The translations under genes and the position numbers were made by a program. 64,000 nucleotides of DNA from Vulcanimicrobiota bacterium. Its GTDB lineage: Bacteria > Vulcanimicrobiota > Vulcanimicrobiia > Vulcanimicrobiales > Vulcanimicrobiaceae. Positions 11,084-22,168 of the stretch are shown here, piece by piece; position 1 is the stretch's first letter; every line of letters starts with the position of its first letter. The notes under the pieces were generated by a model. The model did not search any database. It was not told the DNA's origin and was given only the letters and a program-made list of their open reading frames with translations. The DNA is taken from positions 256,001 through 320,000 of the forward strand of contig OY970223.1 of NCBI GenBank assembly GCA_963714015.1. The letters run 5' to 3'.

Positions 11084-12204
11084 AGCACGCGCTCAAAAGC
11101 GGCGGCTACGGTTTTGCCGACGCAATCCATGCCTTCGATAATGCCCAATTCGGCGCCCGGCCGCCTACTGAGATGTACGAACGGAACGTATTCGCGCGTG
11201 TGATCGCTGCCGGGAGCAGTTGGGTCGCATCCGTGATCGGCGGTGAAGATCACTTCGTCACCCTCGCGCAAAAGCGACTCGAGCTTCGGAATGAGTACGT
11301 CCAGACGTGCAAGTGCGTCGCCATACCCGCGAACGTCGCGGCGATGGCCATATTTCGAATCGAAGTCATTGAGATTTACAAAAATAAAACCTTGTTCCAC
11401 TCGCTCGAGCAGATCAAAGGTCTTGCCCATACCTTCCTGATTATCGGCAACGCGGACGCTGCTCTGAATTCCATGACCGCAATAGATATCGCAGATTTTG
11501 CCAACGGCGTGAATAGGGACTCCCCTGCCCGCCAACTGATCGAGGAGACTCTCGGGCGGTTCGATAGCATAATCCCTGCGATTGGCAGTTCGCAAAAAAG
11601 CGCCCGGTTCACCGACGAACGGACGCGCAATTACGCGGTTGACGGCATGGGGACCCGTAAGCATGTTGCGCGCGCGCTCGCACCAGTCGTACAGAAGCTC
11701 CAACGGAACGACCGCTTCATGCGTCGCAACTTGGAAGACCGAATCCGCCGACGTATACAGAATCGGCCGGCCGGTCGACAGATGTTCGGGCCCGAGTTCC
11801 TCAATGATCTCGGTTCCGGAGGCCGTTTTGTTTCCGAGCGGCTCCTTGCCGGTAATTCGCGTGAATCCGTCTACGACTTCCGGCGGAAAGCCGTCCGGAT
11901 ACGTCGGAAACGGCACGTCCGTGATAATGCCCGCCATTTCCCAATGACCGGTGATCGTGTCTTTGCCTTTGCTGCGTTCCTTGAGCCGCGCTACTCGCGC
12001 TGCAGGCGATGGTGACGGCGGAACACCGCGAATAGCGGTCAAGCAACCAAGCCCTAATCGTTCGAAATTGGGCAAATGCAATCCGCCAAGCCGCTGGGCA
12101 ACGTTCCCGAGGGTGTTCGCGCCGGGTGCGTCGCCATATCGATCCGCATCCGGTAACGCGCCCACACCCCCCGAATCGAGAACAATTGTCACAAATCGGG
12201 TCAT
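11074..12204 (-). CDS. deoB: Phosphopentomutase
   Basis: IVLDSGGVG, GKDTITGHWEMAG, YTSADSVFQ, FDSKYGHRRD, TADHGCDPT, DHTREYVP. Confidence 0.95.
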   Translation of the reverse strand: MTRFVTIVLDSGGVGALPDADRYGDAPGANTLGNVAQRLGGLHLPNFERLGLGCLTAIRGVPPSPSPAARVARLKERSKGKDTITGHWEMAGIITDVPFPTYPDGFPPEVVDGFTRITGKEPLGNKTASGTEIIEELGPEHLSTGRPILYTSADSVFQVATHEAVVPLELLYDWCERARNMLTGPHAVNRVIARPFVGEPGAFLRTANRRDYAIEPPESLLDQLAGRGVPIHAVGKICDIYCGHGIQSSVRVADNQEGMGKTFDLLERVEQGFIFVNLNDFDSKYGHRRDVRGYGDALARLDVLIPKLESLLREGDEVIFTADHGCDPTAPGSDHTREYVPFVHLSRRPGAELGIIEGMDCVGKTVAAAFERVLCN

Positions 12205-12327
12205 CTAACCTCACGCGATTCGCAGCGGCCAGTGTTCTGGCCTGCCCATATTAGTCTGCCTCGCCGGCCCGGTTGCTTCAATGAAAAAAGCATGAGAGAT
12301 GCGGCGGGTTCGTGAATCGGAGCGCCC

Positions 12328-14105
12328 GTGCTACGGAGAACCTTGGTACTGGCGGCAGCTCTGGCATCGTGCTGTTGGACGCAGTCGCAGGCCATGACGA
12401 TCGTCCGCGTCAGCGCGACAAAGGTCACATTCTACTACAACCGGTTTCTGCTGGAAGCCGATGGAAACGTCAAAGTAACGACCAGCGACGGAATGACGAT
12501 GACCGGCGACGCCTTCTCGATGGACCTGAAGCTGAATCGCTTTCTGCTCGCCGGACACGTGCACTTGCAGAATCCGTCGGGCTCACAAGACGGCGCGGCG
12601 CTTTCGGATTTTTTGGACTTTCAACGGATCTATTTCTTACCGATCACGGGCGAGCCGGATCGCTGGACTTTCCTGAACGGCGACTTTGCGCATCCGGCAA
12701 AAGGACGCACCATGCCGGGCGACGTCTTCGACTTTCCGGATTTGAGCGGTATGCGGCCGTACATTTACGGCAATCGTGCCGTCGTGGGAGAGCGTTCGTT
12801 TCTGCGCTTCGGCGGAAATAGAGCTCGACATCCTCAACGGTCTGGGCGCTTACGTTCCGACGCCTTCCTACTACGTCAACTTCTCGACGGATCAACACCT
12901 GGGAACCAACTCCCTGGCCGGCGCGAACTTCGACGCCACGTGGTCTCTGGCGGGAAATGCGAACTCGATCAGCGCGCTGCATTTTCGCTATGACACGATC
13001 AACAAAGCGTACCTGGCGTTCGAGCAGCACTTGAGCGGATCCAAAGCATACGCCGTTTTTTCACTGAACCCCATTACGCGTCCAAACAAGTTTTGGGATT
13101 TGATACTTTCGGACCAGCCATCGGACCGTTTTCAAGTCAAGACGTTCACCCAGATGAATACGTTCCAGCACGGTTTGGCGCAGCCGAGCGTCTCGTCTCA
13201 ATTTACCACGCTGCAAGCGACCCAGGCGCTCACCCAGTCGTTTTTGCAGTTGAATGCGGAGTTGGTAAATTACTCGATGCTGGCTAACGGGGGCTCTGCG
13301 GCGGCGGTTCCGAATTTTCCGGCCGTTCAGCATCCGACGTCGATAAGTCTGAGCGCAACGACGTTCAACCACCAGATCGCGCATCTGCCGCTGTACGAGC
13401 GGTTGAGCTACGGCTTCGGCCTTCAGCATAATTCCTACGGCCTGCAAACGCTGGGCGGCGTCGTCTATCCAACCATTTGGCAACACAACGTCGATCTGCA
13501 GGCATTTATTCCGCAGCTCAAACTCGGTGGAAACCCGATCATCACGAAGAATTACTACGTCAACTTTTCCGTTGAAAAGAACCGCCAGTGGAATTCTCTG
13601 CCCCACTACATCGACACGACGACGACCAACCTGAGCCTGAGCAAAACCTTCGACGCGCATTTTATGGGGTTTCTGAGCGAATCCATTTTGAATACGGGGG
13701 ACTACTACGGCGCGCTTCAGTCTGCGGTCTACCCATCGTATGTTCCCGTTGCGGGCGGCAATCCGTATCCGGGCTATGCAGCCTTTAACGGATTTGCGAC
13801 CCTCCGCACGCTTTCGCTCGATTTAACGTACACCAACAACGGAAACTTTTCGGCGTCGTTCCTCGCGCGCCAGCACCGCGACTTTCCCGCAGCATATCCG
13901 GGGCTAGCGCCGGTCTTCGAGACCAACGTCTTAGGGCAATCGACCGCGCCCTCGAGCCTATCTGGGCGAACCTCCGTACGACTTTACCGCCGACATCCGC
14001 GCCCGCGTCAACGACTACACGACGATCGATCTTTCGCGCTCCTACTTCTTCAACTTTGAAAACCACGGCTGGAGTCCCGAATTCGTAATTCAGGTGACGC
14101 AATGA
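12328..14105 (+). CDS. Secreted/outer-membrane beta-barrel-like protein, LptD-like N-terminus (frameshifts ~12821 and 13957)
   Basis: Signal peptide, LEADGNVKV (OstA-like), beta-rich aromatic C-terminal half. The corrected frame ends GWSPEFVIQVTQ* overlapping the next ATG. Confidence 0.5.
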
Positions 14106-14896
14106 TGCAGCGGATCCTCGCCGCCCTCTTACTCGCCGCGGGCACCGCCGGCGCGGCGGCTGTCGGGACTTCTACCGTCGTCACCGCGCAGATCCTCGAT
14201 TACGAGAAGGGATACATTTTCTTCACGACCGGCGACGGATTTCGCGTCGCCTCGAACGCGGCGATCGTGAACGGCACGCCGGCGGCGCGCGAGTATGCCC
14301 GGGTAACGTTCGATCCGTCCGGAACAGTGACGCGCATCGAGCTTTCACACGCGAAATTACCGGCCGAGGGCGATCTGGCGGCGGTTGCGCGATTCGCCGT
14401 GACGTTGTCGACGCCTGAGCCCAATCCGGATTTGGTGCAGTCGCCCAAACCGGGATACTGCGGCTCCGTTGAAGCGGGCCGGTATGTCACGGTCGTCGTC
14501 ACGGCACAGGTTCCTCCGACCACCGGCGCGACCGACACCGTGTACATGACGACGGATCAAAGCGGCTGGAACGCTCAAGCGTATCGTCTCGACCGCATCG
14601 ATGCGCTGCACTACCGAACGGTACTCAAACTCCCGTCCGGGACGGTGATGCACGTGCTGTTCGACCGAGGCTCGACGCAATCGATTCAAGTCGGCGAGAA
14701 CGGCATCGAGCAGAAACCGTATTTGCTGTGCGTCGGTGACGAGAACGCTCAGCTCTTTTCGCGTATCGTCTACCGCTGGGGCGACGAGCAAAGCGGAACG
14801 AGTCAAGGCATACCGCAAGCGCTGCCGACGCCATATAATCCCGCGCCCTTCCCGGGATTGCCGTCGCCTCCCGGTCTGCCGACTCCGCACCCGTAA
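14102..14896 (+). CDS. Secreted hypothetical protein with a CBM20-like domain and Pro-rich tail
   Basis: Signal peptide; VTVVVTAQVP..T...DTVYMTTDQSGWN resembles a starch-binding CBM20 start. Confidence 0.5.
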   Translation: MMQRILAALLLAAGTAGAAAVGTSTVVTAQILDYEKGYIFFTTGDGFRVASNAAIVNGTPAAREYARVTFDPSGTVTRIELSHAKLPAEGDLAAVARFAVTLSTPEPNPDLVQSPKPGYCGSVEAGRYVTVVVTAQVPPTTGATDTVYMTTDQSGWNAQAYRLDRIDALHYRTVLKLPSGTVMHVLFDRGSTQSIQVGENGIEQKPYLLCVGDENAQLFSRIVYRWGDEQSGTSQGIPQALPTPYNPAPFPGLPSPPGLPTPHP

Positions 14897-14947
14897 AGCC
14901 GGTCAAAGCCGTCCGGTTTTTTGCGATGACGGGGCACTCACCGCGCC

Positions 14948-16357
14948 GTGAACACTCGAGCGTCGCGTGGATTCACGCTTATCGAACTCGTCGTGGCCTT
15001 GGGCATCTTTGCGGTGTTCTGTCTTTTCGCGCTGAGGATCTGCTCGGGCGCGCTGCATTGGAGTCTGCTGCAGGCCTCTCGCGACAGCGACTCGGCTACG
15101 GCCGATGCATTGACGCAAGATTGGAATACCGACGCGGATAGTGCGTGGGCGATCTTTACGCCGCCGGCCGACGTAAACGGCAAATCGAACAGCGACCATC
15201 ACGAGTTGGATTTCTTTACGCGCGACGGCAAGAACCGTTCGTATTTCTGGTCCTACACGTATGACAAGAGCGCCCAGACGTTGACGCGCTTCCGGTACCC
15301 CGCCCCGGGCGGCGCGCCCTCGCAGGATGAAATCTTTACCGGCGTTACCGCCTTCACAGCGCAAACCTATCCGGTTACGGCGCTCGAAGACCCCACATCG
15401 CCGGTGTATTCACCGGCGTATTCGGACGCAGCGCTTCAAGCCGGAAGCGTTCGCTTTTATGCGAGTACCGCGCCGTGGGTCGCCGGCGGAAATCAGATTA
15501 CGTACGTTAATCTACAAACCGCCAGTCAAATCCGCCGCCTCGAACTCACCACGCAGACCGCGCCCAGCGGATTCACCGTCGTGCTGCAGTACACGCCGGC
15601 CCCTTCGGCAACGCCCGCGACGGGGCCGCTGGTAACGCTCGGCAAGATCGTCTTCGAGCCGGACAGCCTAGCCTACAATGAGCCCGCACAGCGGCTCGCG
15701 CGCGGCCTGAACGCAATACTCGGCGGCGCAGTCGCGGAGGCGGCCACCACTTGCAGTTACGCGCAGACTGTTTTTGCAAAACGGCAGCCCCGACGCAAAC
15801 AGCCAAGACGGGTTCAACGAAACCGACTCGAACGGATGCGTCACCAACGGCAGCGTCCGCCTCTGGGCATCTGAAGACTCATTACCCAGCGGGCGCGCCG
15901 TTTGGCGCAGCTCAATCCCGCAAGCGGCGGTTGCAGAAACTACGTCAATGTCAGCTCACAACTGTGGTACGCGGCTCAGTACAGCGTCCTGACTCCGGTT
16001 CAAAACACTCAAGGCTGTACCCTAATTGTCTATTCGCAAGACAAGACACCGGCAAACGGGGAGGCCGCGAATGTAGCAACCATCGTGAATACGTCGCCCT
16101 GCATCACGGGGATTACGTGCTATGCAGACTTCGTCGACACAACTGAAACTTACGTTATGAAGTGCAATGGCGGCGGAGTCGAGGGTCCGCCTTGTCCGTT
16201 TGGCGGCTCTTGGCTATGGAGGGATTCATATTCGCGCGATCAGTACGCAAGCACGGACGGCGGAGATAGCTGGAACGATCTTGGCCCGCAATATGACTGT
16301 GTAGGACCCCTGAGCTGGACGACTCTCGGTCCAGCACCTGGAGGAACGAGTCTGTAA
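14948..16357 (+). CDS. Type IV pilin-like (prepilin N-methylation) protein with a Cys-rich C-terminal domain (three +1 errors at 15767, 15877, ~15905)
   Basis: RGFTLIELVVALGIF class III signal. ORFs 14948.. and 15902.. share a frame and are bridged by three single-base removals. Confidence 0.7.
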
Positions 16358-16484
16358 TCCCACTAGAGTTCAACAAGATTACGCGTACGAGGGCACACAA
16401 GACGCCTGGAAAAATATGCAAACCGGAAGGAGTAGTTCCAGCAGCAACTGGTCCCCGTCAAAACCACCGACGATTCCTTAGTAA

Positions 16485-17327
16485 CTACGGCCAAGCCGAA
16501 GGCGGAGTTGGCGCCGGCATTGGGCCCCTTGGATCAACCATACCCTCATCCACGGCACCGTCATTAGGAGATATTTCAGATGCCCCAAACCAGACGAGGT
16601 TTCGGATCTCCCATATTCAGTCGAACTCAGAATAGTCGTTTTCAATCATGCTCTGACAACCCAAACCGGCCTGTCCGTTATAATTCGTTAGTGTTCCTCC
16701 TCCGCCAACTCCGCCGCCATTAATCTCTTGTTGCAAACCCATTCGATTGTTTTCGACCAGCCATTCGTCGCTGACGACGGGCGCGTAGTTTAGGGAATTT
16801 CGTTTAGAGTTTTCGAGGGCGAAACACGCCTGCTCGTTCGACGTGAGCGTCGTTAAGCGGAATTTGCCGCTTTGTTCGATGGGATTTGGTGTCGTGGAAG
16901 GGACGGGCGGCATCGTCGGCGCGACGAGTACTTGCGGCGATATGCTTGCACTAAGCGTAATCGCGTCGTGAATCGTCGGGCGATTGTCCGGATCGTTCGG
17001 CGAGTCCGAACCGATGATCAGCAAATACTTGCCGGCCGCCGGCGCCGAGATCGTGAATTTCCCTGAGGGGTCCGTCGTGGGCTGCGGCACCGGCGTTGCA
17101 CCTGCCGTCCACGGCGCGATTCCGACACGTATTCCCTGGAGAGGCGCGCCTGTTTCATGATCTACCAGCTCGCCCGTTGCCGTAAATCTTTCGCCGGAAG
17201 ACGTGGGCGTCGCGGACGGCGTGGCCGTCGGCGGGGGCGCTGCTCCGCTGGTTCCCGATCCTCCGCCGCATGCGGTAAGTAAGGCGCCGGCGCCGAGTGC
17301 GGCGGCGCAGATGTTCAAAATTTTCAC
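16485..17327 (-). CDS. Lipoprotein with carboxypeptidase-regulatory-like domain (internal TGA/indels near 16617)
   Basis: Lipobox LTAC after GTG 17327; GELVDHETGAPLQGIRV...TTDPSGKFTI. The same frame continues past TGA 16617 to TAG 16485 (LVWFGA...DPRGPMPAPTPPSAWP). Confidence 0.55.
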
Positions 17328-17442
17328 TTCGTGCCTTTGCTGACGAGTACCCACACCGGGACAACGTCTCCGATTATCCGCAAACGTACGGCGCTCGTCT
17401 ACTGCGCTTTCGGTTCTTTACACGAAGTTTAGATTTCTTTCG

Positions 17443-17862
17443 CTAACGAATCGAAACGGTAACGGGGCGCTGCGCGGAAACGCCGAGCGCATTCGATGCC
17501 ACGATTTGGGCGGTGTAGGTGCCGTCCAGGAAAAACGGGATATGCGGCAGCTGGTAGCTGATCGCGAAAATTCCGGGACTGCTTTGCGGAATCTGTGCGG
17601 CGCGCCCTTCGAAGTGCAGTTGTACGCTTGAAACGTTCGTCGACGTAACCACTGTTCCGGTAATGGTTTCACCGCTGTGAAAGACGGGGTCGCTGAGTTG
17701 TACGGCCAGGATTTGCGGCGGCGCATCGCTCGGGAGAACGAGCGGCGTGGGCAGCGCACCGGAGACCGCCGCCTGAGATACCGCCGGCGAAGGAGCATGC
17801 GGTGCGCACGCACCCAGCGTCGAGGCGGCAGCGAAAGCTAAGCAAAAAGCAATACGATTCAT
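17443..17862 (-). CDS. Lipoprotein, small Ig-like domain of unknown function
   Basis: Lipobox LGAC; PQILAVQLSDPVFHSGETITGTVVTSTNVSSV. Confidence 0.65.
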   Translation of the reverse strand: MNRIAFCLAFAAASTLGACAPHAPSPAVSQAAVSGALPTPLVLPSDAPPQILAVQLSDPVFHSGETITGTVVTSTNVSSVQLHFEGRAAQIPQSSPGIFAISYQLPHIPFFLDGTYTAQIVASNALGVSAQRPVTVSIR

Positions 17863-17863
17863 C

Positions 17864-18532
17864 TCATCTCACCGTTATCGGGAACGTGGTCGACACCGCT
17901 TCTCCTCGCGTGTTGCGCGCAATGACGACGACCGTGTACGTTTTTCGGAAAAAGAACGGCAACCACGGCACGCGATAGGTCAAAGCGAATTTGCCGGCCG
18001 AAACTTTGTGGAGGCTCGAGGAATAGCCGCCGATTCGCGCTTCGACGCTCGCAACGTTGGTCGACGTTTCCACGCTTCCGGAAACCATTTGTCCGCTGTG
18101 CACCGTAGCCGTGCTTATCGACATACTGACGATCTGCGGCGCCGAATTGGATGACTTCACGATCGGGGGCGGAGGCACGTAAGCGGCTTCGGCCCTCGCC
18201 GAGTACGCCGGAATCGAGGTTGCGCCCGGTGCGAGCGGTTCCGCGCTCGGCGTAGAAACGGCGCCCGTTCCCGATCCGTGCACGACCTGCGGGCCTGCGG
18301 CGCTGCCGGAGTTCTGCGAGACGACGTAAACGACGGGCTTGGACGAGGGCGCGTTCGACGGTGCGAGCGAAGGCGCAGCCGCAGCGCTCGCCGATGGCGA
18401 GGGCGACAATGTCGATACGCCGTGCGGCGCGGGTCGAGGGGTGTGATTTCGGGCAAACCATGCGTACGCGCCCGCGGCGATCAACAGCACGGCCGCGCCC
18501 GCCCGCGCGGCGATTTTTTGGGAACGGGTCAT
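17864..18532 (-). CDS. Membrane-anchored protein with Pro/Ser linker and the same Ig-like domain
   Basis: N-terminal TM; C-terminal PQIVSMSISTATVHSGQMVSGSVETSTNVASV is paralogous to the neighbour. Confidence 0.65.
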   Translation of the reverse strand: MTRSQKIAARAGAAVLLIAAGAYAWFARNHTPRPAPHGVSTLSPSPSASAAAAPSLAPSNAPSSKPVVYVVSQNSGSAAGPQVVHGSGTGAVSTPSAEPLAPGATSIPAYSARAEAAYVPPPPIVKSSNSAPQIVSMSISTATVHSGQMVSGSVETSTNVASVEARIGGYSSSLHKVSAGKFALTYRVPWLPFFFRKTYTVVVIARNTRGEAVSTTFPITVR

Positions 18533-18620
18533 CCTTACCAGCGCATAACGTGCCGGGCAAGGCGCGACGTTCCCTTCTGCGAGAGGCCCGGCGCTCGATG
18601 CGCGGCGAACGAGGGCGCCC

Positions 18621-19565
18621 ATGGCCGTTACGCTCAGCGTCGTCATTCCGCTTTACAACGAAGAAGGCAACGTTGCGCCGCTGCTGGATCGCGTAATCGG
18701 CATACTCGATCGTTTGCCCGGCAAACCCACGCATGAAATCGTCCTAGTGAACGACGGAAGCTCGGACGGAACGCTCGCCGCGATTCGCGAGCAGATGCAG
18801 CACCGGCACAATCTGGTGCTCGTCAATCTCTCGCGCAACTTCGGTCACCAGCTGGCGGCGACGGCCGGACTGGACGTCTCGCAGGGGGACGCCGTCGTGT
18901 TAATGGACGGCGATCTTCAAGATCCTCCGGAATTGATCGCGGCCTTTTTGGAGCGCTGGCGAGAAGGGTCCGACGTCGTGTATGCGATTCGCCGTACGCG
19001 CAAAGGCGAGAGCAAATTCAAACTGTTCACCGCCGGACTCTTCTATCGGACCATCAAGCGCCTAACGAACGTCGCCATTCCGGTCGACACGGGCGATTTT
19101 CGGTTGATGAGCCGGCGCGTTGTGGATACGCTCAAACATTCCCGCGAGCGGCACCGCTTTCTGCGCGGCATGGTCAGCTGGGTCGGCTACAACCAGATCG
19201 GCGTCGAGTACGATCGCGACGAACGCTACTCCGGCACGACCAAGTATCCGCTGAGCAAGATGCTCACGTTTGCCATCGACGGCATAACATCGTTTTCGGA
19301 CGTGCCGCTGCGATTCGCCTCGTACCTCGGCTTCACCGTGAGCACCGCCGCGTTCATCTATGCGATCGTCATCATTCTCTTCAAAGCGTTCCATTGGGGC
19401 ACGCCGGAGTACGCGCGCGGTTGGGCGTCCACGATGGTGGCCATTCTGTTCTTGGGCGGCGTACAACTGATCGGCATCGGTATTTTGGGCGAGTACATCG
19501 GCCGAATCTACGACGAGGTCAAAGCTCGGCCGCTTTACATCATTGCCGACGTGGAACGCTCGTAG
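18621..19565 (+). CDS. GT2 polyprenyl-phosphate glycosyltransferase (GtrB/YkoT-like)
   Basis: SVVIPLYNEE, VNDGSSDGT, SRNFGHQLA, MDGDLQDPPE, GDFRLMSRRVV, two C-terminal TMs, YIGRIYDEVKARP. Confidence 0.92.
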   Translation: MAVTLSVVIPLYNEEGNVAPLLDRVIGILDRLPGKPTHEIVLVNDGSSDGTLAAIREQMQHRHNLVLVNLSRNFGHQLAATAGLDVSQGDAVVLMDGDLQDPPELIAAFLERWREGSDVVYAIRRTRKGESKFKLFTAGLFYRTIKRLTNVAIPVDTGDFRLMSRRVVDTLKHSRERHRFLRGMVSWVGYNQIGVEYDRDERYSGTTKYPLSKMLTFAIDGITSFSDVPLRFASYLGFTVSTAAFIYAIVIILFKAFHWGTPEYARGWASTMVAILFLGGVQLIGIGILGEYIGRIYDEVKARPLYIIADVERS

Positions 19566-20801
19566 ATTAAGGGCCGCGCAGCGGGCGGTTCCGGCGCGAT
19601 TGCGAAGGCGTTTTCCAATCCGCGCGCATCGGCTCGCGCGCGTCCGTAAGCGAACACCAGAGGCCGGCCCTTCTCGACAAAATCCCGAACTCGTACCATG
19701 ACCCGCAAGCCGCCCGTCGGTTCGCCTTGCGAAAGTTTTCGCCCCAGGTTGCCCAGCCGGACGACGTCGATCGTTTCGATGAAACCGCTTACAGGCGCGT
19801 CGATGCGTAAGCCTTCGCCGGTCTGCATGCTCTCCATCGCGTCAACGTCGCCGCCTTGCGCCGCGATCATCTCGGTGAACTTTTTGTAGGCACGTCCGGA
19901 CTCGAGCGCGTCGCGCACCCGCGTCTCGGCACCATCGATCTGCCCGCTCGTAACCATTGCTGCAGCGATCGTCCTTACCAGATCCAGCGGCACGCGGATC
20001 GCTCCCGCCGCGAAGGAAATCGCGCGCCTCCATGACTTCGATTCCGGTGCCGATGCAGCGTCCCAGCGGTTCGTTCATGTCGGTGACAAACGTCTGCGCG
20101 CGCTTACCGAATCGCGATGAAACCTCGACCAGCATCGCCGCTAGTTCGGCGGCCTGCAGCACCTCGCGCATGAACGATGCCGCGCCCGTCTTTACGTCGA
20201 AGACGAATGCCTCGGCACCGCCCGCTACTTTTTTCGACACGATTGAAGAAACAATCAGCCCCACGGCGGGAACCGTCGCAGTACGGTCGCGCAAGCCGTA
20301 AAGGCGTTTGTCCGCCGGAACCAGCCGATCGCTTTGCGCCGCAATCGCGCAGCCAATCCGCTCGACCGTTTGCACGAACCGTTCCGAAGTGAGATTGACG
20401 TCGAACCCCGGAATCGCTTCGAGTTTGTCGATCGTGCCCCCGGTATGGCCGAGCGCGCGGCCGGAGAGTTTGGCAACCTTGGCTCCGCAGGCCGCCGCGA
20501 GCGGAACAGCGGCTAGCGAAACGATGTCGCTAACGCCGCCGCTGCTATGCTTATCGACGATGACTCCGGCAGCGCGATCGAATTGAAGAACTTCTCCGCT
20601 TTCGACCATCGCTGCCGTAAGCTCGTACGTTTCGTCGATCGACATTCCGCGCAGTACGCACGCCATGAAAAGCGCCGCCATCTGCGCGTCGTCTACGTCC
20701 GTCGACATGTACGACGCAACCAGCTGCCGCCAGCCGCCTGCGGGAATCTCGCCGCCGTCACGCTTCAGTTCGATAAAAGCGCGGACCGCCGATTCATCCA
20801 T
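19535..20801 (-). CDS. pdp: Pyrimidine-nucleoside/thymidine phosphorylase (frameshift ~19989)
   Basis: DKHSSGGVSD, KLSGRALGHTGGTIDKLEAIPG, PADKRLYGLRD, SKKVAGG; C-terminus in the second frame (AQGGD). Confidence 0.88.
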
Positions 20802-20842
20802 CTCGGCCGGGGTTCGTCCCGCCTAGCGGCGAAGCCCGCCCG

Positions 20843-22168
20843 GTGATTTTCGGCCATCCGGTCATCAACGCCGTGCCGGTCTATCCTCCCGTCGACCCGC
20901 TGGCACTCGTCGTTTACGTTACGGTATTCGTAAGCGTTTCGCTCGTAACGACGCGCCAGCCGGCATACGGCGTATGCGCGCTCATTCTGCTCGAGCCGTT
21001 CGCGTTCTATCACCAAGCGTTCGATACGACCGTTACGGTTCCCAAAGTCGCATTGCTGGGCGTTTTGCTCGGAGTCTCCGTCTATCCCAACGCGCTCGCG
21101 CCGCTGCTTTCAAAAACGGCGTCGCGCGTGTTCACTGCCGGACTTCTGGTCTTGGCCGCGACGCTGCTTTCGCTCGCTCACGCAGCCTACCATGCACCGG
21201 TCATTCGCGAGTCATTGAAGACCGTTGAATATCTTCTCATCTTTTGTGCGGTCATTGCGGCTTACCGGCTGGATCCCGACCGCAGAAGCATTCGCATCGC
21301 CGTGATCTGGGCCGCCATTGCCGTTGCGATACTCGCATTGGGACAAGAGCTCGTCGGCGCTCCTTCGGGATTGTGGATCAACGGGCACGAAGTTCCGCGC
21401 ATTGCCGGACCGCTGGAAGGCCCCAACCAACTCGCCGGCTATCTCGACGTTGCACTTCCTTTGACGTTGGCGCTGGCTATGGACCAGCCGGACGCCTTGT
21501 CCGCGGCCGGCCTGTTTTTCATCGCCTTTGCGGATTTCCTCACGTTTTCGCGCGGCGGCCTGATCGCCGGCGCGATCGCCTGCGTCGTCGTCGCGTGGAT
21601 CTTGCGCCGTCCGCTGCTGCTGTGGATCAAACCGCTAGCCGGCGGGTTGTTCGCCGGGTTGCTCGTCGTTGCCGCATGGGTGCTGCAGTTGCACTTGGGC
21701 GGCCTTTGGCCGGTCTTTCGAGTCGACGACGTCGAATCGACCTACGGCGGCGGCGTCGGCACGCGCTCGGAACTCTGGCATGCGGCGATCGCGCTTTGGA
21801 AGACGCACAAGATCTTCGGAATCGGCGCCGGCAACTTCGAACTCGAGATTCCGCTGACCGGCCTGAAGGGTGTGCGCACGCACGCGAATAGTCTCTACTT
21901 GCAGTCGCTCGTCGAAGGCGGAATCCCGCTCTTTGCCGCGACGCTGTGGCTGACGTACACATCCATCGCCGCGTTCGTTCGCGAACGCGCGTGCTCGCCG
22001 TTCGTCGCGGCCGCGATTGCCGGCAGCGTAGCATTGATGCTGCATCAGATCATCGATTTTCTGACTTTTTATCCAAAAGTCGGCGCCGAATGGTGGATCC
22101 TGCTCGCGCTCGCGGCGGCGGAGCTCGCGGTCCCCGCAACGTATTTGCAAAAGACCGCGTGCGCTTAG
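20843..22168 (+). CDS. O-antigen ligase (Wzy_C) family membrane protein
   Basis: RIAGPLEGPNQLAGYL, TFSRGG, GIGAGNF, HANSLYLQSLVEGG. Confidence 0.85.
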   Translation: MIFGHPVINAVPVYPPVDPLALVVYVTVFVSVSLVTTRQPAYGVCALILLEPFAFYHQAFDTTVTVPKVALLGVLLGVSVYPNALAPLLSKTASRVFTAGLLVLAATLLSLAHAAYHAPVIRESLKTVEYLLIFCAVIAAYRLDPDRRSIRIAVIWAAIAVAILALGQELVGAPSGLWINGHEVPRIAGPLEGPNQLAGYLDVALPLTLALAMDQPDALSAAGLFFIAFADFLTFSRGGLIAGAIACVVVAWILRRPLLLWIKPLAGGLFAGLLVVAAWVLQLHLGGLWPVFRVDDVESTYGGGVGTRSELWHAAIALWKTHKIFGIGAGNFELEIPLTGLKGVRTHANSLYLQSLVEGGIPLFAATLWLTYTSIAAFVRERACSPFVAAAIAGSVALMLHQIIDFLTFYPKVGAEWWILLALAAAELAVPATYLQKTACA

